Assembly (NCBI GenBank): GCA_012295275.1
Contig: CM022666.1
Coordinates: forward strand, 15,004,001-15,068,000
DNA from: Chrysomallon squamiferum
Taxonomy: Eukaryota > Animalia > Mollusca
Direction: 5' to 3'
Length of the DNA stretch: 64,000 nt
Positions 26,855 through 38,600 of the stretch are shown here, piece by piece. Numbering within the stretch: the first letter of the stretch is position 1; the number at the start of each line of letters is the position of its first letter. The notes beneath the pieces are model-generated. The model was not told the DNA's origin, ran no database searches, and saw only the letters and a list, made by a program, of their open reading frames with translations. The position numbers were made by a program, and so were the translations under genes.

Positions 26855-29800
26855 GATAGTTTCTGAGATACATTACAGATAAATTTATTTTTTCAGAGAG
26901 AGAGAGAGAGAAAGTGAGAGTGAGTTGATAGTTTCTGAGATACATCACAGATAATTTATTTTTCAGGTTATTCTTGTGACAACATCTGGGCAGACTGTGG
27001 GACACAACGTGTTTCAGAAGTCAGTGTCTGTGCCAGTTGTGCGAGCAACAGCTTCGACATCGCAGGGCACAGCTAGAACTCCCGTCATGGTTCCCAGCAG
27101 CTCGCCAGTGTCCTCTGGAAACTTCAACAACGTCTACGCTGTGACTACCACCTCTCTGACATCATCCATAACTACTCCAGGTTGTTTTTCTTAAGCTGAA
27201 TTACGTTACTGTTAAAATCTAAACATGGTGATAATATGTTTGCAGATTCGTTTTAGTATAAGTATACTCATTAACCAGATAATCTGTCTGTTAATTAACA
27301 TAATCAGTTTACGTATGAGTTAAGTTGTTGCTATGTGTAGCCAGTTTGTAATGTTCTACCTTCAGATAAATATAATCATTTACCATCTAATCCACATTTC
27401 ATATTAATTACAGTAACAAAAAAGTTACGGTTTAGCTGTCTATGACACATAATTTGAAATAAGGTGAAAAAATTTAGCAACATCAATGTAATGTTTAAAT
27501 TTTATTTTATTTGAAATAGCATAAATGTATATTTAAAGTGATTTTTAAAAAATATTTCAAATTTTAATAATTTTTTTATTGATGTCTGACAAATTAATAA
27601 TTAGTAGATTCTTTAAATGTTATTCCTAAGTTATAGAAAATGTGTAGTTTTTTAAGACATTTTCAGAAATTTGGCCCCAAAGATATTTTTCTTTGTCTTT
27701 TTCTTTTTTCTTTTTTTATTATATGAAAAATATTTTATTTTAGATATGTAAGTAATAGCAGTAAAACTAAATTATTAATTGAGTGTTTTTTTTATTGTTT
27801 CAGTGACAACATCAGTTCTGGGGTCACCACCACCAATGGTCATCAACTCTGGTCTGCCAAAACCAAGACCTAAAATAATACCACGTCAACGACTGCCACA
27901 GGTAACATCAGTTACAACAGCTTCATTTACATATCAGCTGTTAAAAAATAACAAAGAAGAAACCGTCACAAAATCCCAATAGAATAAGCAGATTTATTGC
28001 ATTATTAAGATTAAAATAAAACAAGTTAACAAAATTAAGAACAAAGAAATATTTTGAAAATCATGTGATATCTAAACTAATCAATGATAATGATGTATAT
28101 ATGATGATATATTATTTGAAAATGTTAATGAAACACACAAACGCAATACATATACATACATGTATACAGACAGACAAAACATATGCAGACACACACACAC
28201 ATACATAAACTATATATATAATACATACATGCATGCAGATACAAATGCATACGTGCATGCACACAGTCGGTCTCAGAAATATTAAATTTTGTTTGAATAC
28301 GTGATACATTTTCATGTGCTGAGTGTTAATATGATGTAATTTTATTTTTTTAATTCATTTTATTTTTGTCTAATTTTCTTGTAACAGCCAATACCAAGCC
28401 AGAAACCTGGAGTTGTAATTCCCATGACTCCACAGCCAGTTCAACCTTCCCCACAGAGCTACCAGATCAAAACAGTCAACAAACCAACCATACAGATAAA
28501 GCAGGAAGGAGGTATGTGTGTGTCTGTAATACTTTATGAATCAAAATCAACGAACTGCATGAATAATTAACACAATATCCAGTTTCTCTCAGATCTGTCA
28601 TTTCCCCATAATCAGTTAATCAGAAGTCACAGTTTGTACTTCATTGCCTATGGGAAGGTAAATAAAAAGCATTCCATACTGCTATTCAAACTAAACTGTG
28701 TTATCTGCTAGAGTGAGTTTTGTCTCTGTCTCGATTTTACATGAAACATTTTGTTTGGGTTATTACAGAGGTGCATTATTTTCATAAAAATTGTTTGGAA
28801 AATTCTTCATTTCATATCTGATATTTTAAATGCAAGCATGCTTGGATTTTTCATAAAATTCAAAAGATACAAACTGACAGATAAGCAATACATAGGAAAT
28901 TCTAAATAGACATTAAAGAATTCTTCAAAATTTCCCACACATCTGTGCTGGTTTTTCTTCCGATAACACTGATAATAAAATAACAATAACAATAATGACA
29001 GTAATACTAAAAATAATGATAAAATAACAATAAAAATAATGACAGTAATACTAAAAGTAATAATAAAATAACAATAACAATAATGACAGTAATACTAAAA
29101 GTAATAATAAAATAACAATAACAATAATGACAGTAATACTAAAAACAATAATAAAATAGCAATAATCATTAGTGCGATAACAACTGATCTGATTAACTCG
29201 CACATCAAAAGACAACCGACTTGAAATCGTTATTCTGTTTTAAATTTCCAGGCATGAAAATCATAACTCAGAGCCTACCCCCCGGTACCAGTAAGATTTT
29301 ACCAAAGCCTGCCCATCTTTCCAGTAACTCTGGAACTCCAGTAGTTGTCGTCAACGCAGGCCCATCTGGCACAGCAACCACCACGGTTAGCATGGTAACC
29401 AAACCTGTGACAACGCTGTCAGGTAAAAAACTCTCTTTGTGCTTTTTGTGATCTTGAAAAATTGTTGTATTAGTGTGCGTGTGTGTGTGTGTGTGAGATA
29501 GTACATAATATGTAGTCTTTATGATGTATGAATGTCTGTATATGTGTTTATGTACATACAGATGAATGTATGTATTGACAGATATATGTGCATATGTATG
29601 TATGCTATATATCTGTCGGTTGTGTGTATGTAGGTATTAATGCGTGTGTATGTATATATGTGTGAAAAAATGTATGAATTCAGTGTGTAATCATTACAGT
29701 ATATTTTTAGATAACAGTTTCAGACACAACATTTGTTTTATTTTACAAGTTGTTTCTGAATTGTGTTGAATAAAATATATTATAAATTATTTGAAATTTA

Positions 29801-31906
29801 TGATTTGAAAGTCCAATCTTGAAATGTCTATTAAAAATATATCACAAATACCCTTTGACACTGAAATGTTCTTTAAATAAAATTGCTAAATTTGATTATT
29901 AATTAAAATTGTATAACTTTTATAATATTTTTAAATAAATAATTAAAACATTTTAAAATGTAATTGTTATTAAACAACTTTTTAAATATTATAATAATTA
30001 TTACAAAAAAAACCCCAACAAATGTTATAATTAAAGGTAATCATCCAGCTGGAAAAGTTTTGAATATTTCAACAGCAGGGGGTCGGGTCATCGCCACGAC
30101 AACCAAGTCATCAAATGTTGTCACAGTAAACCCCAAAACCCTCCACCTGACTGCTGTTAAAACTGGCGCAGGAACAACAGGTACGTTTTGTTTTATTTTA
30201 TTTTATCTTATTTTATTTTATTTTGATTTCATTTTTTTAATTTTTAATTTAATTTAATTTAATTTTATTTTATTTCATTTATTTTTTTTAATTTTTAATT
30301 TAATTTCATTTCATTTTATTTTATTTTATTTTTTATTTTTTATTTTTTTGTCGATGCTAACAAGTGTTGTAAATACATTGCACATACTTCCAAATGACTT
30401 TCATTTCTTCCTGTTAAAGTATATTTTATAAATTTTCATTATTTTAATGGCAACTAATTTTTATTTAATAGCAACTACAATATTAAAGTATGCCAGCACA
30501 GTTTTTGGTAAGGTTGTGTGGATGCACCAATTGCTTTTTACTGTTGTATATATCACTTTGTAAATAGCAGCTAAGAAATTATCTAACTCACACAAAATGT
30601 GCAGTTTGGTTAAATATCTTTCTTTTCTTTTTTTACCAGGATCAAATTATTATTATTAATGGCAACCATTCTTTGTTAATAATAAAGAATGATGATAGAG
30701 TATCATTAACACGGTTGTGAGAATGCAGTTTTTATTATTATTATATATATCATGTTCTGAAAAAGCAGCTAAGAAGTTACCTAACACACACAAAACGTTC
30801 AGTTTGATACAAGTTTTTGTTGTTTTTTTTCTCTGTAGAAAGTCAAAGCACGCGGAGATAGATGTGATGATAATTCTTGTTGTATTCTTGCAGTGTCGAA
30901 ACCTAATGTGATTGTTGTGCAGAAAACTCAGACGAGGCGAGCCTCCACCCCGACACACCCAGCCCCTGGCAGCTCACAGGAGTGTCTCACTGTGAAAGTT
31001 TGTCTTCGTTTCTTCTTTTGTTTCTGTTTAAAATGTATCTGCATGACGCTAAGAAGTCATTCATTTAGAAAATGTGTTCATGAAATAGTGCCTCTGCAGC
31101 ATTTGTTTTTGTTTGAAACATATCTTCGCAATGTTAACTTACAGACTGTGCTTATAACAACACTGAGTTATTCATATAGAAAAAGTCTTCTTAAAAATAG
31201 TGTCCATGCAACTTTTTTCTTTTTTTTCTCAGTAATAATTATTGTAAAAGTGTAAAAAAAAAAAAAAAATGTTATGTAATATTTAATGAAAGTATAAAAT
31301 AAAGTGTCATTTGATGTCACTGATTTTTGTATATGACATTGCTTGTCATTATTTGTAATGAAATTTTAAAACATGACGGAAGTGTGCTCAACATGGCTGA
31401 AAACATTCATTCACCACTTTGGTGTTTGTGGTGTGGCTCATGTTTCCTTAGTTTACAGACATTTGACTCGCATTTTGACAGTCTCACTTCAAACACCAAA
31501 CAGTTAAATACACCTTGTATACTTCCAGTAGCTTGTCTTGTTTCTTTCTTGTCTGTGTTGCTCTAAAAATGTGTGCGAATTACATACAGTTTTAGCTGTT
31601 GTTTTATGTTATGGATGCATTCCAGATATTTGCGTTAATATTATTAATTTTTTTTCAAACCTGGAATGAAATGACTTTCATATATGTAAATCACTGTTGT
31701 TGTTGTGATCAGTTACTTTATCTTAGTTTCAAACTGAAAATTAAATACTTTTTTAAAAATATTTTTATTATTATTGTTATTGGTGTTATTGTCTTCAGTA
31801 ACTTATCTTAGTTTCAGACTAAAAATTAAAGATATTGTTTATGTATTACACGCAAACACACACCACACATATTTTTATTTATTTTTATTTATTTATTGTT
31901 TAACTT

Positions 31907-31937
<31 letters not shown>

Positions 31938-33124
31938 CTTATTTATTTATTTATATATATTTATAGTTTTACTTTTATTTATTTATTTATTTATACCTTT
32001 ATTTATTTATTTATTTATACCTTTTTGTATGTATTTATTTATTTACTTACATATTTATTTATTTATGAAGGAATTGGCTAATATAATTCAGAAACAAGAA
32101 AAGAACATATCAGTGACGTCTGGGTCTGCTTTGAGTAACTTGGGTTCTGCCCTGAGTAAAATTGGAGACAGAAAAGTCATCATTACAACACAGACAGTGG
32201 GAGAGGCTGCTAAACATACAGTAAGACATTACCTTCATTCTGTCCTACACTCAGTAACACTGAGTTAGCAGAAGAGAGAGAAATTTCACAAAAAGCTTAC
32301 AAATATTAAAATACTGATGTCTGTTTTCTTCATTCTGTCCTCCACTCAGTAATATTGAGTTAGCAGAAAAGATAGAAATTTCACAAAAAGCTTACAAATA
32401 TTAAAATCCTGATGTCTGTTTTAGAGTGGTCCTATTTTACAACGTTCACGACCGGAACAAGAAGGAAAAACATCGTCACTTCTGGCTGAGCTTATCCAAG
32501 CTGCTGGCATCGTACCAGAAGCAGCAGCAGAAACTGGTAAAGTTGTTTTATCTTTCTCATCCTTTTACTGATACATATACATACTCTTTACTTATATCAG
32601 AGAAGAAAAATAAAGAAACAAGAAACATCATTTAGGCATGTGTTAAGAATAAAATTAAGACACTAGTGTAAATGAGATATAGCAATAATAATAATGATAG
32701 CAATAATAATAATAATAATAATTAAAAAAAAATGATAATAACAAGAAGAAAGAAAAAAAGAAAATGATGGCCCACTCCCCCTTCATGAGATATTTATAGA
32801 AAACTTTTACTGATGTTCAGATGTTCCCGGGACAGGAAGTGGAAATGAGTGGTTTGAGTATGACGTGACAGATGACCAGGGCCACACCGTTGTCACGACA
32901 ACGGAAGACTCCACCGCCATCGATGCTCTTCTGCAGAGGCAGGCAGCAGACGCCGCAGGCAAAGTGAAAGAGTCGAGGTAGGTAAAATAAAATTTGTTTA
33001 TTTATTTATTTATTATTTTACTGATTAGTTTTTTTATTGTTAGTATGGGGGGAAGGGGTGTGAGCTTTCATTTCCTTTATTCCTTTCTTATTGTTATTAT
33101 TATTTTATGATTATTATTGCTATG

Positions 33125-33169
<45 letters not shown>

Positions 33170-33246
33170 TTTATTATTTTATTATTATGATTATTATGAT
33201 TATTATTATTATTATTTTTATTATTTTATTATTATTATTATTACTA

Positions 33247-33281
<35 letters not shown>

Positions 33282-33308
33282 TTTATTATTTTATTATTAT
33301 TATTACTA

Positions 33309-33345
<37 letters not shown>

Positions 33346-35557
33346 AAGTCTGTTTAAGTTTTTTTATAAAACAGAAAATATTCAGAAACACACATACACA
33401 AAGATATCAAACAACAAACAAAAGTGTCTTATAGTCGGATTTAGATTAAGGCCACAAGAAAAAGATTTGTTTTAGGAAAACTGTTGATGTGTGCTGAAGT
33501 GGAATTTAAAAAAAATCGTTGTGATTCTGAATTTCAGTTTAGCAAGTGCACAGCTAGAGAGACTACAAGGTCAACAGCCAGAAACACAGTATTATACAAT
33601 AGGTCAGTATGAACACAGTATTATACAACATGTTAATATCAACATAATATTTATACAATAGGTCAGTGTCAACACAGTATTTATACAATGGGTCAGTGTC
33701 AACATAGTATTTATACAATATGTCAGTGTCAACACAGTATTATACAATATGTCAGTGTCAACACAGTATTATACAATATGTCAGTATTAACACAGTACTA
33801 CACAATAGGTAATTATTAACACAGTATTATATAGTAGGTGAGTATCAATACTGTACTGCACAATTATGTGACAAAGGTCATTAATACAATATTAAGACAG
33901 TCATATTCAATAGATTTGTTTTTGCACAGTACTCTGCAACAGGACATAGGTCAGCATTAAAACAGACTACACAAGAGATCTTATTTTTTTGTTTTTTTGT
34001 TGTTGTTGTTGAAGTGTGTGTTGGTGTTTGCAGATCAAGCGATGTCACTGTTAAACCAGACAGAGAAAGATAACTCTTCCACTGACACTTCCCAGTCATC
34101 TAGCGATAATACTGCAGTGAAATCAGAACAAGCCCAGGTAAAATATTTTAACTTTACCATTTATCTGCATTTACTTGTGTTGATGAAACACATAAACACA
34201 CAGCAATAAATAATGAAGTAAAATATAGGGTTGGGTGGTGTGGTATAATGTAACATGAAACAAAACCAAAAAAATAGAAATTTTGAATTTTAATTAAAAC
34301 AAAAAAAGAAATCTCTTGTTTCAGATTCACATAATCAAAACTTCGTTGCCAGGCAGCAAGCTGCCTGCAGAACACATACAGCACATCCGTGTTCCTCTGC
34401 CGTCGTCCCGGCAACCAGGTCTGGGCAGCAGAGCGCTAGAGATCACTAGAGGTCAGAGTTCAAGTGTCAGAGAGCTTGACCCCCAGACGGGTCTCTTTTC
34501 ATCCAGTGGTGTCCGCAAACAGCGCAAAAACACTGTCATCGTTGGACTCGCGCCAAAAGTTGTTACACCTCCGGTGGGGACAGCAAAATCGCTGACAACA
34601 GCAACCACACAGTCTCAGAACTTTGACTTACTCAGCAGCTCACTGGCTCAAGCACAGATAGACCTGGACTCGTTTGAATATGTCCAGTCGAAAGATGCAG
34701 TGACTGTTGGTGATTCTGCGGAAAATTCTAATGTTAAAGAGACCAGAGACATATCAGCAGATAAAATAGCACCTTCCATAGGAGACACTATAACACCTGT
34801 AGACGACAGTGTGACACCTATAGGAGATACTGTCACAGCTGCAGGAGACAATGTGACAGCCGTAGGAAATGAAGTAGTGACTGTAGGAGACAGTATGCTG
34901 CGTGTAGGAGATACTGTGGCTCCTTCTGTAGGAAACAGTGTAACCATAGCTTTAGCAGATAACGTAGGAGACATTCATTCTGTAGGAGACAAAGTGATGC
35001 ATGCTGACAGTGTCCCGCCGACTGAAAATGTGACAGTTAAGCTTGCAGGAGACTCTGTCGTCACTGAGACTGTAGGAGATGTCGCTGACTCTGAAGGAGT
35101 CGTCATCACAGAATCAACAGAGGAGATTGTCACCCAGTCGTCAGGAGACACCGTCACCCAGTCTTCAGGAGACACTGTCACCCAGTCTCAAGGAGAGATT
35201 GTAGGAGACTCAGTGACTATCATAGAGACAGCAGACACGTTGACAGAGACAGGAGAAAGTGTCACCCTGTCATCAGATGTCATTCATTCTAAAGATGTCA
35301 CTTCACCTGAAGACACATCCACTGTCAGTACAGATGATTTACAAAAGGAAGATAGTTCTGAGAAGCCACATGAAGGTAGTGTTATATACACATTATTTTT
35401 TTAAAGTATTTTATTAATGTAAATGTTAAAGCAAAAAAAGAATTTTGTTTTTATTTGTAATCTTTTTTTCTTTTTTCTTTTTGAAAAGTTTTATTATTCA
35501 TGCTGTCAGGTTTTGCAGAGTTAATTCATACATATTTAGTTTTATTTAAAGGTTTAA

Positions 35558-35617
<60 letters not shown>

Positions 35618-38600
35618 CTTTGTTATCTTACTCCTATATTTCAGATAAGTCTTATGATGTGGGTTTGTCATCATCAACTTCAAACATCTCAGATGACACT
35701 GACATCCAGTCTTCAGCAACATCAACAACATCAGTCCCGCTGACAGACAACAGCAGCACAGTTCAAAAATCTGCCATCAACATCATCATACACGCACAGG
35801 TAATATACAACCCATGTAAAATGTGAAATCATGTATAATAACAATTTGAACACCAAACATCAGTTGGCTATACATTATAATATTAATGCAAAAAATGGAA
35901 GACATGATATGTAAAATGTTTTAGCAATATTAATGCAGAAAATGCATTCATAATAATATGAAAAATGCAACAACAGATTACTAGCAACAACAACAAAAAT
36001 GTCGTAATTAATATAAATTTAAAAAACAAATAATCAGAATAATAATATTAAAAATAAAATGCAATAACACTTTTAATGAAAAATTCCATCTTGTATATAA
36101 TTATTTGCATTAATAATATGTGAACATAAATTTGAAACTAAATTTATATAATCCAGGTGTGATGGCAGTGCAGTATTTGCTAATCTAGCATTCAGCAGTT
36201 ATTTGATTGTTAATGCAGAATAGTGAAAATTTAGCAGACTTCAAATAACTTGTGCAATACATTTAATGATTATTATGAAACTCATGAACATAAATTGATC
36301 TTAGAATAGCTATTTACTTGTTAAATAAATATGATTATACATTTTTGTTAATTGGCAAAAAAGGTTTTTTTTTATAAAAGTTGGGTAATCTCAAAGGTTG
36401 GTGACTTTTTAGTAATTTAATTAAATTAATATCACATTTTTATCTGGCCTTAATCTTTCATGTTAGTTTACAACATTTTGATATTTTTTTCTGTTAATTA
36501 TTTCAACTATTGCATTAAGCAAATAGCTATATATATATTTTTTTTTTAATCGACAATTTAAATTTACTTACAAACGCAGTTTTTAAATTTAAATTAACAA
36601 ATCTGTTTCAGACACACGTACAAACAGACCTGCTGGACACATCAGAAGAAAATAATTCGAGCAGCGAAAATATTATGGTTACCATGGATCCAACAGTTGA
36701 ACTGGTGCCTCTGACTAGGGAGGAACTAACTTCACAGCAGACAGGCGAGAAACACGTTGGCAGACGCAGTGAAGAGAAGATTTTTCTTGACAAGACAGAA
36801 GTTGTGTTGTCAGAATCTGGTTCACCGACAGGTAGGTTCAAAAAAATAATTAAAATGTTCTTTTCTGAATACATTCTCTAATAAATTTTGTTGTACTTCA
36901 AAGTTTTTATTTGTGTTATTTTGGGTGGCATATCGTTGCTTTTAGCAAAGTATTATAATAAAATAAATTTGTTATAAAACATTTAAATCCTGCCATTTTA
37001 TCTCTTCACAAATGCATACTTGGCAGACTGGTAACATTGTGTTGTTGTTTTTTGGTTTTTTTTTATATAAATAGAATAAATCAGTTCTTTCATTTGTACA
37101 CAGTGATGTTACAAGTAAAAATCGTTTGACAATACAATGATGGTTTTTTTGCTGTTAATGTTTTGTTGTTGTTAATGTTTTGTTGTTATTATTAAATATA
37201 AATAAAAATAAAAATAAAAATAACTTTTAAATATCCAGACTAAATTCATCAACACAGATATGCTCAAGTATGTAAAAACAAACTTTACTTTCCTAACAAA
37301 CCGACATAAAATCCTTCAAACTTCTTCAAGAGATAATCAATTCGCTGATCTTTCGTAACGATTAATTTGGAAAACTTGTAAGAACTAAACTAATCACTCA
37401 TAACGGATTTTACAGGCAGCAGTTGCGAAGTCCAGGAGGAGAGAACTCTTGGTGACTCGGGTCATGAAGCGAACAATGCTTTACGTTTGAGTTCTCGGAA
37501 ACGAAAGCAGGGCACCCTCGCAGAAGAACCTCAGCATATCAGTACCATGGGGGGATGGGTGAGGGCATCGTTAGGGTAAGTGGTGAATAAATCAGTACAT
37601 TACCTTGGGTGTGTGGGGGAGGGGTGAATAATAAAGACAGTTAAAACTTGTGTTATGTTTTATTTATCTGCATTCGCTTGCAAAGTAAAATATTTTTTGT
37701 GTTTCAGTTTAATTCAGAGAGTGTCGAAGTTCCGAGGTGCTAACAGAGAGAAAGGAGACTTGAATGCTGCAGCATGGTTCCTTAAACCAGGTGAAAATAA
37801 GTTGTTTTTTTTGTTAATTGTTCACTGGAAAAGTCTAATAAACAAAAATAAAAACAAATATATACATATATGTATACAGATAAACACAGAGACATAGAAG
37901 CATATGTATCTATCTATCTATCTATCTATCCATATATATATATATATATATTTACACATGCACATACACATGCATTCATGCATATCTATATTAATGATTT
38001 AAAAAAAATAAGAAATAAATAAACAAGAGAATAAAGGAAAAACAATAAATAAATAATAATAATAAGTCAAAACACTGATTTAAAAAAAAATATATATATA
38101 TTAGTAATTAATAAATGTCAAAACATTTTTAATAAATTTTGTAAATTTTATTGTTTTGGTTCTAGTTGATCCAGTGGATGCTCCAAACTATTACTCAGTT
38201 GTGAAAAATCCAATGGATTTTGGAACAATCAAGAAAAAAATAGAGGTAATTTTCACAACTAGTAAATCAGAATTATTGAAAGAAAATATTACCTGTGAAA
38301 CTCAATTTGATGTTTCTCTTTTCGTAAATAAAGTTTCTACTGTAAATAAGTGAAAGATTTTGAAAAGAAAAATTTAGTTTTGGAACTGAATTGTTTTTCA
38401 GTTATTAGGTTACAGTTCTGCTTGTTAAACATTTTGACAAATTACTGCACAATTTTTAATACGTACTTATTTTCACTTGTTTATTCTTCATCAGTTAATA
38501 CAAAAAAAAAAGCTAAAGTTTAGGGATGAATTGAATTATATTTCAGGTTTTACACTTCTGCTAGTTAAAAGGTTTTGACTGAATACTGCTCTCAGTAATA

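Noticed and set aside
34648-35181. Minus-strand ORFs opposite the large EMSY exon
   Set aside because: Antisense shadows of a repetitive coding exon.
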